Assembly: GCA_964016345.1 (NCBI GenBank)
Contig: CAXHFM010000002.1
Location: 1-44,985, forward strand
DNA length: 44,985 nucleotides
Reading direction: 5' to 3'
Source of the DNA: an uncultured Candidatus Poseidoniales archaeon
Lineage (GTDB): Archaea > Thermoplasmatota > Poseidoniia > Poseidoniales > Thalassarchaeaceae
A program made the translations under genes and the position numbers. Shown here one piece after another: positions 15,404 through 24,951 of this stretch. Numbering within the stretch: position 1 is the first letter of the stretch; every line of letters begins with the position of its first letter. The notes below the pieces were generated by a model. The model was not told where the DNA came from. It was given only the letters and a program-made list of their open reading frames with translations, and searched no databases.

Positions 15404-18400
15404 ATGACAAAGAGCGGTGTCCGCGTGATTCACAGGGCCCCCCGCCCCGAGAATAACACTGCCTTACTGATTGTAATGCTGATGATAATACCGTTATTCG
15501 CACCAATACAAGGAGCAGAGGCCGAGGCCAGGATCGAGTCGCAAGACTTCGAAGTTCTCGATAGGCTGTCTGACGTCCTAGACCAGCGTGAACAGGTCTT
15601 GCAGTCCAATTCTGTGGGCCAATTGGCTGGACCGGCTATTCAAGGAGTGAAGGATGGAATATCGCAGAGCGGACAGTCTCAGCCACTATCTTCCATAGGG
15701 GACTCCTTAGAAGGGGCCTCGTTCGTTGAAACGTTACCTGAAGAGCCTAATCATCCGCTCCCATATAGGTTGATACTGGGAATTGAAGATGACGCCGTCA
15801 GCGTGGATAACGTCTGGCAGACTCTCGTTAATATCACCGACTATGTGATTCTGACCGAGTACACAGACCTCGATGGCAATGTTGTCAGAGGAACCGAGGT
15901 AGTCACATTCACAGCCAACTTCCTCTCTCTGCTCAATCTGCAAACCGACCCCTTGAGTCATGCCGTGGATATTGACAATGATGGCGATAATGACATTCAA
16001 GTAGGCCTGAGCGTTTCCCTTGGAAATATCGGTCTGGAAAACATAGATATCGAAACTGGGACTTTATGGATTCAGCCATCAGTGTCATACACAGTAGACG
16101 TCCTTGACTCCAGTCAAACTGACAGTGTTTGGGAAGACATGGACTCCCTACAGGTATCATTGATCAAGTCATTCGCTTACTCCAGTCCGGACTCAGTTCT
16201 GGCTCTCGGCGATGGAGAGAGCTACATCTGGGTCATAGACTCCAAATTCTCAACAATGCCACAAGACTTCTCGTTAAGTGTTGGAATTGAGAGGGTATTC
16301 TTCAACGCTAGCGCCGTTCTCCAAGATCTAATCCAGTCGATAGTAAACATTTTTTCATCGGATTTCGATGGCTCTGGACTGACTCTGATAGGCATCACAG
16401 CACCATACTCGATATCTATAGACTCCAGTGAAATGGACTCCTGTCCCGATAGGTATAGTCCCGAACAACTGCTGTTTCTCCCTCCTGAAGAAATAGACTG
16501 TGGGGTTACAGTCGGACTTGGATATGCCAGGTTCTCACCTCCATCAGACGGGGATAGACAGCTATGGGAACTCGCCTACATTAATCTCGATGTCAAACCT
16601 AACGGAGTATCTTCAATGATTCCTGGGGATGTCGAGCTAGTTATCAGGACTGATAGTAGCATCCCAGCATTGGGGGGGATCGAGGGAGACAGGAGCCTAA
16701 CCACGGTAGAGTATTTTGCGGACAGGAGATCTGACCTTCATATTCACTTCCATGAAGATAGATCAGGGGTTTCCCAAGAGGAAAATGGAGGCTCATTTGG
16801 AAATACTACGGAGTCACTCGGATGGCTAAGAGGAATGCCTGAAGGTTCAATGTCCCAGGGGGAGATCACTAGGATATTCAGAATGTTAGGATCATCAGAT
16901 GAGCCCGAACTACCGGGAGGTAAGCCCAGTAGATTAGGTCTGATCATAGGTATCAAGAACTTCTCAAGGGACACCAGTCCCAATGAAGACGATCCTACAC
17001 TGCCAGTAAATCCAGCCCATCCCCCAATTAGCATGATACTTCTCAGATCCGCCCAACCTTTGGACTCTCTTGATTACAGCTCATGGTACGAAAGAGGGGG
17101 CGAAAACTCAGATCATAGGAGGGTCGACATCTCAATTGAAGCAATTCCAACCGCACTGGTTCTCTACGGATCGTTCGATGTGAGCGGATCAGATGATGAG
17201 GAAAGGGATCTGGACGATTCTGACAATCTGGATTTCGTTTCACGGATTATGGACTCTCTGATTCTTGATTTGGTAGACCTATACCTAGATGTTGGTGGAA
17301 TACTCAACAATATTCCAACTACAGTGGTGGAGGCCATAACAGGCAGTGTCGGTCCTGGAGGAGACCTCCAAGGAAGGGAATTCAACCTCATAATGCATGA
17401 CGACTGGGGTGCTCTCAGGAATGAGATGTCTATAGGTAGAATAGGTCTGCAGATAGGTTCCAGTGCCCATCCGATGATTCAAGGGGACCACCTCGTCCTC
17501 TCCAAGGACAGATCCCTGACTCAGCTGGTAAGCAGGGATGGAAATCTTGTAGATCCTCTAGTCCCTGTCGCTGCTAGTATTGGATTCAGCGGTCTCTCTG
17601 CCTTCTCAATAGATGACGATGACATACTCGATGAATTAACGGCATCCGTCAACACATCGTCCAGTGAGCCATTCAATTTCGTCTATATTGACCACGAGCC
17701 CGGGTCAGTCACGAACTCTTCTTTCCAATCACTCTACATTTCCGATATTCCTGATGATATCAAAATATCTACTGATGCTGAGACTGCAGTTTATACCGCA
17801 TCAGAGGAAATAGGAAAAATTATCTACACTGGAAAGGATATGGAACAAAGGCAGGCGGTTGAGATAACAGACTTCCCTGGCGACTTCTCTGCAATATTCG
17901 GGGGATTTTCTAGCTGGAGTACGACCACCTCTATTGGTTCCATAGAGGCACAGATCACCGATTCTGAGTCACCAGAAACTATGACAGGCGACCACTTCAT
18001 GTTCCACCATGATCCAAATGATGGCACATCAACTATATCTTCCAGAATCTCTGGGATATCAGAAGTAAGCTGGATACCTCCAGTCTCTGAAGGTTCTCTA
18101 GGTCCTGAAGGCAGAGGAAAAGCCTCTATCTCTGCGTCTGGAGATAGATCAATGAGCTTTAGTGTAGATCATGCTCCAACACTAGACGAAGAGCACCTCA
18201 CGGCAGTCGCGATAATTGACCCTCTCCCTTCTTCGGTATCCATAGAGATTCCAACAAGCTCTGACTCTGGACCAGCTCTAGATATCCCAGAGCTCAATAC
18301 ATCTCAGGGACTTTCGGGCCTTGCCTTCTTCCTAGGTGGATTTGCAGACCTTGGCAGATCAGTTAACTCCGTTCTTTCAGGGATAACAACTGATATTTCC

Positions 18401-19801
18401 ACCGGTACCAATTCAGGAGAATCGAACGAGGACTTCTCTTTCGGTATGCAGTTGGAGGCAAACGCACCCTTCGATCTGACAGTTGAGTCAAGTCATGGAG
18501 ATGGCTCACTCGAAGCCCCTCCATGGGTTCATGGTGTATCATTCAGCGCGGCACCATCAGGGATATCAGACGGCTTTCATCTGAGGACGTGGATTCCAGA
18601 TCTTCCCCCAGTAGTAGACATGTCAGTCACTAGGTCTGTCGCAGGGGAATCGCAAGACTGGGAAGTCATGCTCGCGTTGGATGGTTGGATTCCCGCACAT
18701 AGTGAAATGATGATTCAAGCTAGAGGAATTAACGGTCAAGACCTTCTGCTTACTCTAAATGGCTTAGAAGTGGGAACTCCCACTGGGATGCTAGTTGACG
18801 CCACCTTCGAATTCGAGACAGTTGCTGGTATTACAGAGGTCTCCACATCTGCACACTATTCAATGACAGAGAGACTTGACTGGGCACATGTTCTACTGAT
18901 TAACAGAGATGCTGGAAGTCGTACAGAGATAATGATAGATGAGATTCCTGAGGTTATTGACATCACCGCAAGTCTCGGGACTGCTGTTTCTATAGATATG
19001 ACAGTCCCGGATCTTTATCTCAGAGACGATGGTGTAGGAATCAACTCGATTATGATGCAACAGATGCAGTGGCTTGACTCCGCATGGTGGCCAGCGACAA
19101 TATTCCTAACCGATGTACCAGGTTCAATCAACCTAACAACTGAGCCTGACACAAATTTCGATATTACCAAGAGCCTAGCTTTCCAGGGAATACCAATCCT
19201 AGACTATCGAGCTTCTGGAGATGGGATGTCACTCTACATAGAAGCCTTTGGAAGAGCAATAAACACAAAGGGAGACATAATATTGCTCGCAGAAGGGATG
19301 ACTGATAGCCTACAGATCAAACCCGCCGAAGGATTTGGATTGAATATCCGCTCTGGAGGAGAAGGCGTAGAAACGATTTACATTAGATCGAGCAATATTC
19401 CTACGACTCCTCCAGTCACTATGGAGGAAATGGAGGCACTTGGAGAGAACCTGAAAAGCGCTACAATACATATCCACGAGGTAGGCAGAATTTCATCTAC
19501 GTTACCCGGTTATCCAGTGATAGAGCTCTCAGAAGTACAAGGTGGCAGAATCATCATCTCTGCGAGGGCAACCGCTGAGGTGGCGGGGCAGGAGTTCGAT
19601 CTAAGGGGTGTTCTTCTGGACGCACAGACAACCTCTGGCATTCCTACTGCGACGACCATAGGTATCAACGGCCTAGCCTCGGATCTTTCAATTCTGAATA
19701 TGATTCCAGGATTTGACGGAGACACTCAGCATATCATGGTGGTCGAGCCAGTTTCTTCTGGCATAATGACACTACTTGCAACTTTCCTAGGAGGGAGCTG
19801 A
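15404..19801 (+). CDS. giant (1465 aa) acidic secreted or anchored protein with no recognisable domain
   Basis: This is a long uninterrupted ORF. It has an N-terminal signal/anchor (ALLIVMLMIIPLFAPIQGAEA) and only 2 Cys. One DIDNDGDND calcium-type loop is present. A degenerate hPxxhxhx[ST] segment recurs, and a short hydrophobic stretch sits at the C-terminus. A GAGG lies 9 nt before the ATG. Confidence 0.7.
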   Translation: MTKSGVRVIHRAPRPENNTALLIVMLMIIPLFAPIQGAEAEARIESQDFEVLDRLSDVLDQREQVLQSNSVGQLAGPAIQGVKDGISQSGQSQPLSSIGDSLEGASFVETLPEEPNHPLPYRLILGIEDDAVSVDNVWQTLVNITDYVILTEYTDLDGNVVRGTEVVTFTANFLSLLNLQTDPLSHAVDIDNDGDNDIQVGLSVSLGNIGLENIDIETGTLWIQPSVSYTVDVLDSSQTDSVWEDMDSLQVSLIKSFAYSSPDSVLALGDGESYIWVIDSKFSTMPQDFSLSVGIERVFFNASAVLQDLIQSIVNIFSSDFDGSGLTLIGITAPYSISIDSSEMDSCPDRYSPEQLLFLPPEEIDCGVTVGLGYARFSPPSDGDRQLWELAYINLDVKPNGVSSMIPGDVELVIRTDSSIPALGGIEGDRSLTTVEYFADRRSDLHIHFHEDRSGVSQEENGGSFGNTTESLGWLRGMPEGSMSQGEITRIFRMLGSSDEPELPGGKPSRLGLIIGIKNFSRDTSPNEDDPTLPVNPAHPPISMILLRSAQPLDSLDYSSWYERGGENSDHRRVDISIEAIPTALVLYGSFDVSGSDDEERDLDDSDNLDFVSRIMDSLILDLVDLYLDVGGILNNIPTTVVEAITGSVGPGGDLQGREFNLIMHDDWGALRNEMSIGRIGLQIGSSAHPMIQGDHLVLSKDRSLTQLVSRDGNLVDPLVPVAASIGFSGLSAFSIDDDDILDELTASVNTSSSEPFNFVYIDHEPGSVTNSSFQSLYISDIPDDIKISTDAETAVYTASEEIGKIIYTGKDMEQRQAVEITDFPGDFSAIFGGFSSWSTTTSIGSIEAQITDSESPETMTGDHFMFHHDPNDGTSTISSRISGISEVSWIPPVSEGSLGPEGRGKASISASGDRSMSFSVDHAPTLDEEHLTAVAIIDPLPSSVSIEIPTSSDSGPALDIPELNTSQGLSGLAFFLGGFADLGRSVNSVLSGITTDISTGTNSGESNEDFSFGMQLEANAPFDLTVESSHGDGSLEAPPWVHGVSFSAAPSGISDGFHLRTWIPDLPPVVDMSVTRSVAGESQDWEVMLALDGWIPAHSEMMIQARGINGQDLLLTLNGLEVGTPTGMLVDATFEFETVAGITEVSTSAHYSMTERLDWAHVLLINRDAGSRTEIMIDEIPEVIDITASLGTAVSIDMTVPDLYLRDDGVGINSIMMQQMQWLDSAWWPATIFLTDVPGSINLTTEPDTNFDITKSLAFQGIPILDYRASGDGMSLYIEAFGRAINTKGDIILLAEGMTDSLQIKPAEGFGLNIRSGGEGVETIYIRSSNIPTTPPVTMEEMEALGENLKSATIHIHEVGRISSTLPGYPVIELSEVQGGRIIISARATAEVAGQEFDLRGVLLDAQTTSGIPTATTIGINGLASDLSILNMIPGFDGDTQHIMVVEPVSSGIMTLLATFLGGS

Positions 19802-20361
19802 TGGGACTTCTCGAAAGACTCAGACTGGCCGACGTCCCAGAAGAGACTCTGGAAGAGAAAACCGCCCATGATGCCCTGGAGAAAATTGAGGACAGGATTA
19901 GTCAAATCTCCCCTTTCAGGGTTATTTTTGCTTCAATAACCGCATTACTGGTTCTATCAGCGTCTGTAATTGCCTTGGTTTGGCTAGTCCCTTATGATAG
20001 GGTATCTGTAGATGTGATATACAAACAAGCTGGATCTAGTCACATTGTCCTCTCGGAGATAAATAACCAGGGCAGTAGGGCAATCGAATCGGTCTCACTA
20101 GATCTCGTGTTCATTGATTCGGAAGATATTGAGATACAAAGGATCCACTTTGAATCAGAAAGAATACCAGCACACAAGTCAGTTGCAGGAGACGAATTGG
20201 AGATGATTGTTAACGGGGAGTCGGTTTGGGACAATTACTCTATCGAAATCATTCTAACATACGACTACTACGGCGGTAGTATCTACGAGAAAAACACCAT
20301 GGATGTCGGAGACTGGACTCTAGAACTATTCACAATGAGGCCGCCATTGCAAATTCTATGA
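19801..20361 (+). CDS. small type II membrane protein with one NxG beta-sandwich (CARDB/NEW3-like) ectodomain
   Basis: The ATG shares its A with the TGA of the upstream giant gene (TGATG). The N-terminal 38 aa are charged, followed by a TM segment (FRVIFASITALLVLSASVIALVWLV). The motif LSEINNQGSRAIESVSLDLVF is present. Confidence 0.6.
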   Translation: MGLLERLRLADVPEETLEEKTAHDALEKIEDRISQISPFRVIFASITALLVLSASVIALVWLVPYDRVSVDVIYKQAGSSHIVLSEINNQGSRAIESVSLDLVFIDSEDIEIQRIHFESERIPAHKSVAGDELEMIVNGESVWDNYSIEIILTYDYYGGSIYEKNTMDVGDWTLELFTMRPPLQIL

Positions 20362-20363
20362 TA

Positions 20364-20377
20364 AACTGAGTTCAGTT
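20364..20377. repeat. 14-nt palindrome AACTGA-GT-TCAGTT in the 23-nt gap upstream of the S8 peptidase gene; function unknown
   Basis: Read directly from the sequence. It lies 8 nt upstream of ATG 20385. Confidence 0.5.
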
Positions 20378-20384
20378 AACCCAT

Positions 20385-23300
20385 ATGCTCAAAATGGTCA
20401 TGATGGGGGGAGTTATGATGACCAAGCGCGCCGTTGTCCTAGTACTTGCCGTCTTGCTTTTATCATATCTGCCAATTTTGGGAGACGAAGACGACTCCTT
20501 TGACCATCAATTCGAAGACCCAAGCCCCAATATTGAGAGAGTGGAGATTTCACCTGATTCCACCAGTATCCAAGATCTAGGATTTCCACTTATCTCTGAG
20601 GGATATGAAGAAGCAAGGCAAGCAATCGCCCATTCTAGCATAGGGACTTACACGCCCGAGGGATTAATTCCAAGCACACATATGGACCATTCACTTTCTT
20701 TACCAAGATTGGATCTAGTTCTAGCAATTATCGATGGTCAGATTGGACTTTGGGACTCTAGGTTGGATATTCTACAGATTGAGGGATTATCTATCAGATC
20801 GACAATACCTCCTTCTGGATTCCTAATTCAAGGCTCAGCCGAAGCACTTGAGAGACTGCAGGATATAGAGTCGATCATGGCGATTCATGACGTTCCTAGC
20901 GGATTGATGATTCACCAATCCTTGAGAAATCACCAGTCACCTTCTAACTTCATGGTCGAAGTGATAGGTTGGAAAGGAGATGATATGGTCAGAATGGAAG
21001 ATTCAGGCTTAGAACTACAGGATTCACTACTTACTGCCATGGACTACCTCTCAGATTCATGGTCTCCAGAGAAGGGCGTTTTATGGGGGAGCACATCCTT
21101 CGATAATTTATCTAGGATAGTTTCAATTCCGTCTGTATCGTACATTTCTCCATTACCATCGATAATCCTCCATAACGACCAATCTAGGATAAATATGGGA
21201 ATTAATACTGTGGAAAATGCCTTCATAACAGGTCTAAACGGTAGTGGTCAGATTGTTGCAGTGGGAGACTCGGGATTGGATGGCGATCACGGAGATTTCA
21301 CTGGGAGACTCTCAGGAGTTACTTCCGTTACACCTGGGGATTCTTCTACAGCCGACTTGAGTGATGGACATGGGACTCACGTAGCCTGTACTGTTCTAGG
21401 CTCTGGATTCAGGAGTAATGGAGGTTACCAAGGAATTGCCCCTGAAGCCGATTTATACTTCCAAGCGATGGAGGATGATGATTCTGGTGCTCTTTATAGC
21501 TACGGAATCAACTCAATGTTGAACTCTGCATACAACGCAGGAGCGAGAATACATACCAACAGTTGGGGGTCTCAGAGTGGATTCGGTGGATATTCTACCC
21601 AATCAGAAGACGCAGACGACAGGACTTCCACATGGGATCAATACTGGTCCTATGATGGCATGACTGTATTATTTGCTGCCGGTAATGAAAGGAATGACGG
21701 GGTCTCTGCCCCAGGTACAGCAAAGAACGTAATCACGGTTGGCGGACATAAGAACAGATACAGCGGTGCCCCGGATGAGATGTATTACTGGAGTAGCAGA
21801 GGGCCTACAGATGATGGTAGGATTAAGCCTGATATCGTAGCTCCAGGGGACTATGTGCGGTCATGCAAATCTCAGGAGGCCACTTCAGCAGGTGGTACAT
21901 GGTCCAATACGTGGTATATGGAATATAGCGGTACGTCGATGGCCACTCCAGCAGCCGCTGGATCATCAGCACTTGTAAGGGAGTATCTAACGGAGGTGAT
22001 TGGAAGGCAGGCACCACAGGGATCACTGGTCAAGGCTCTGCTAATACTCGGGGCCAAGGACATGGGAGCTCGTGATATTCCAAACGATGACGAGGGTTGG
22101 GGAAGAGTAGATTTGGTAAATTCCTTGATTCCTGACGGAGAAGTGGGAATTTTCGTTGATGACAGATCTAGGATTGGAAGTGGCCAAGTAGTTGAGTATA
22201 CTTTCGATGTCAATACAGCTGGAAAGGAGTTCAAGGCAGTATTGGCTTGGTCTGATTACCCCGGATCATCAAGCTCTTCCATTCAGCTAAGGAATGACCT
22301 AGACTTAGAGTTGGTATCTCCAGATGGCATTACATACAAGGGTAATGTTTTCACGAATGGACGCTCTACCCAGGGCGGTTCTAAGGATTCAGTGAATAAT
22401 GTTGAAGTCGTAGCTCTCGATAGTACTGCTCAGGGGATCTGGACAATTAGAGTCAAGGATTCACAACATGGAGGTTCAAGAACATGGCAACCATTCTCAA
22501 TAGCCGTAAGAGGGCACAATGTCAATGATCTCAGCCCAGATCCAACTTTCGTTCCAGACTCAATGATTGTATCTACCCCTATTCCGCAAGTAGGTGAAGA
22601 AGTACAGGTTTCAGTACAAATAAAGAATATCGGAGCAGGATCCATCACTGATATACCAGTCATGGCAAGAGTCGACTCCGCTCTTCTTGGAGAGCAGTTG
22701 GTATCTCTATCACCCGGTCAAACAGAGGAGCTATTCTGGTCCTGGACTCCTGAAACAGAAGGGGACTCTGCTTTCGAGTTCTTCATTGATCCGAACAACC
22801 AATTTGATGAAATGTCAGATTCGAATAATTATTTTGGTGAGATAGTAATTGTCAGTGCTCCCGGAGTCAGGATTTCCGCACTTGAGGATACTCTCACAGT
22901 GGTCGATGCTTCTTCTACAACTTCAACTTGGGATATAATACTGACAAATACTGCACTTTTCGAAACTAATGCCACTGTATTTGCCTCTTCCCCTACCAGG
23001 GTTCAAGATGGCACTCAATTCGGGTGGTTCCAGTCCTTTACATCGAACACTTTCAACCTAATGCCAACAGAACAGGTCTCCATTGGAATGACTATGGTGC
23101 ACCCAGCACCACCTCCCCCTGGAACTTATTCCATGACCATATCCGGATACGATATAGAGAACGATGTACTTTCCGAAATGACACTTTACTTCGAGGTTCC
23201 AGTACTGGCAGATGCAAACGTACAATTGTTGAATGAGCAGATTCTAGTCAGTCCTCTCGAACCGACCAAGACACAGATTACTATTGTTAACGAGGGGAAT

Positions 23301-24899
23301 GGTGCCCAATCATATGACGTTGAACTAGTCTCTCCTGCAGGGTGGCACCTAGGCCTCGACTCAATCGGGACATTCGAAGGATCGTCTCATGGGTCAACCG
23401 GAACACTGCAGAAAGGATCTAGCAAGACTGTGGATATCACCATTAACTCGCCAGGGGCGATGATACCATCCGGGACGACGTTCGAAGCCGCAATTATTGT
23501 ACATTCAAGAGTCAGCTCTATATCATGGACACAGGATATATTCCTAATCGTTGGACCTGTAGACAATGTGTCCCTTTCTCCAGTATCAGGAGAGGTAAGA
23601 AACGACATATCTCCAGATTCCACGCTCATTATCGATCTCTCCATCGAGAATCTGGGTAATCGAGATTGGGAACTGACCCCATACCTAATGTCAGCACCTG
23701 GTGGCTGGAATATTGTTGAGATGGATCCAGTTACTGCTCCCGCCGGACAGTCCGTAGATTGGTCCATGAGCCTGCAAGGAAACGGACTAGCCTCGAGTGG
23801 ATTAGTCCAAATCAGATTAGCCACTTCGGATGGATTCAAAATCAACTGGAATACCACAATCGAGGTTTTATCTGCCGCTTCTCCAAGGCTCCTCTTTGAT
23901 CAGGTGTACCTTCCAGACGGTTCCTCTTCCAGCGAAATACTAGGAGCAGGACCCCATCCTGTAGGAAACCCCGGTTTTGATTTACACTGGATGGTCTGGA
24001 ACGAAGGCTCAGGAGTATGGAGACCGTCTTCCAATTTAGAGCTTCCAAATCAGGCGTGGTCATCGTCCTGCTCATCACCATCTTCCCTATCTCCAGGTGA
24101 ATCGGACATAATTGAATGCCTAGTAGTGATCCCGGAAGATGAGCCTGCCAGTTCTGAGCCAGTTATCACCTTAGTAATGGAGGGGGATGGAATAGAGATT
24201 AGAGACAGTAAATCACTCCTCGTCGAACACGCGCCCAGGCTATCTTGGAATCTGAATACAGAACCCATAGCGTACGAAGGATACCCCTCATCTTACAGGA
24301 TAGATGTTACGAATACTGGCAACACAGACATATCCCACACTTTAGATGTCGTTGCCCCGAGCTCTTGGGACGCTAGGGCCATTGACGGAGTCAGAGTAGT
24401 ACTTAGTCCCGGAGAATCCCGTAGTGTTATTTTAGAATTCACCCCTCAAAGTGGGAGTGATGGTACAATCTCATTGAACTTGATAAATGCTCCAGACACT
24501 GAGGGTTCTACATTCGAAATATCCGTCGATGTCAAGCCATCCCTTGGTGGTGACTCTATTCTGGAAACATATCTACCACTATTTTTGAGTATGCTACTAT
24601 TAGCGATAATTGCAGGACTGGGTGCCTTCGCATATGTAAGAACCAATGGAGATCCAATGAGTCTATTCAAGAATAAGGTCGCTGGCAGGAACAAAGGGTA
24701 CAAGGAAGACACCAATATAGCAGAGAGCGGAGTCCCATGTTGGATATGTAGTACCGATACGACGATTGGAAATGCATGGGCCTGCTCATCATGTGGAGCA
24801 AGGTATCACAAGATTGGCCAAGTTACCGGATGTGACATTATTTCAATGGGAAGATGCCTTCACTGCGATGCACTGGTTGATGATTTAGTAGAGGCCTGA
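20385..24899 (+). CDS. giant membrane-anchored subtilisin-like serine peptidase (S8)
   Basis: From N- to C-terminus:
- A signal peptide.
- An I9-like propeptide region.
- The catalytic triad motifs VAVGDSGLD (Asp codon 21267-21269), HGTHVA (His 21369-21371) and GTSMATPAAAG (Ser 21936-21938), plus AAGNE.
- About six NxG beta-sandwich modules, including VQIKNIGAGS, ITIVNEGNGAQ, LSIENLGNRD and RIDVTNTGNTD.
- A TM helix at 24570-24638.
- A Cys-rich cytoplasmic tail at 24738-24866. Confidence 0.9.
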   Translation: MLKMVMMGGVMMTKRAVVLVLAVLLLSYLPILGDEDDSFDHQFEDPSPNIERVEISPDSTSIQDLGFPLISEGYEEARQAIAHSSIGTYTPEGLIPSTHMDHSLSLPRLDLVLAIIDGQIGLWDSRLDILQIEGLSIRSTIPPSGFLIQGSAEALERLQDIESIMAIHDVPSGLMIHQSLRNHQSPSNFMVEVIGWKGDDMVRMEDSGLELQDSLLTAMDYLSDSWSPEKGVLWGSTSFDNLSRIVSIPSVSYISPLPSIILHNDQSRINMGINTVENAFITGLNGSGQIVAVGDSGLDGDHGDFTGRLSGVTSVTPGDSSTADLSDGHGTHVACTVLGSGFRSNGGYQGIAPEADLYFQAMEDDDSGALYSYGINSMLNSAYNAGARIHTNSWGSQSGFGGYSTQSEDADDRTSTWDQYWSYDGMTVLFAAGNERNDGVSAPGTAKNVITVGGHKNRYSGAPDEMYYWSSRGPTDDGRIKPDIVAPGDYVRSCKSQEATSAGGTWSNTWYMEYSGTSMATPAAAGSSALVREYLTEVIGRQAPQGSLVKALLILGAKDMGARDIPNDDEGWGRVDLVNSLIPDGEVGIFVDDRSRIGSGQVVEYTFDVNTAGKEFKAVLAWSDYPGSSSSSIQLRNDLDLELVSPDGITYKGNVFTNGRSTQGGSKDSVNNVEVVALDSTAQGIWTIRVKDSQHGGSRTWQPFSIAVRGHNVNDLSPDPTFVPDSMIVSTPIPQVGEEVQVSVQIKNIGAGSITDIPVMARVDSALLGEQLVSLSPGQTEELFWSWTPETEGDSAFEFFIDPNNQFDEMSDSNNYFGEIVIVSAPGVRISALEDTLTVVDASSTTSTWDIILTNTALFETNATVFASSPTRVQDGTQFGWFQSFTSNTFNLMPTEQVSIGMTMVHPAPPPPGTYSMTISGYDIENDVLSEMTLYFEVPVLADANVQLLNEQILVSPLEPTKTQITIVNEGNGAQSYDVELVSPAGWHLGLDSIGTFEGSSHGSTGTLQKGSSKTVDITINSPGAMIPSGTTFEAAIIVHSRVSSISWTQDIFLIVGPVDNVSLSPVSGEVRNDISPDSTLIIDLSIENLGNRDWELTPYLMSAPGGWNIVEMDPVTAPAGQSVDWSMSLQGNGLASSGLVQIRLATSDGFKINWNTTIEVLSAASPRLLFDQVYLPDGSSSSEILGAGPHPVGNPGFDLHWMVWNEGSGVWRPSSNLELPNQAWSSSCSSPSSLSPGESDIIECLVVIPEDEPASSEPVITLVMEGDGIEIRDSKSLLVEHAPRLSWNLNTEPIAYEGYPSSYRIDVTNTGNTDISHTLDVVAPSSWDARAIDGVRVVLSPGESRSVILEFTPQSGSDGTISLNLINAPDTEGSTFEISVDVKPSLGGDSILETYLPLFLSMLLLAIIAGLGAFAYVRTNGDPMSLFKNKVAGRNKGYKEDTNIAESGVPCWICSTDTTIGNAWACSSCGARYHKIGQVTGCDIISMGRCLHCDALVDDLVEA

Positions 24900-24951
24900 C
24901 AACCGCATCTCCCAAGGTCAGGGGGTGCGAAGACCTTAGAGGGTCGGTACA

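Noticed and set aside
23387-23857. A 156-aa minus-strand ORF lies inside the S8 peptidase gene.
   Set aside because: It is antisense to a long, continuous, motif-bearing ORF and has no features of its own.
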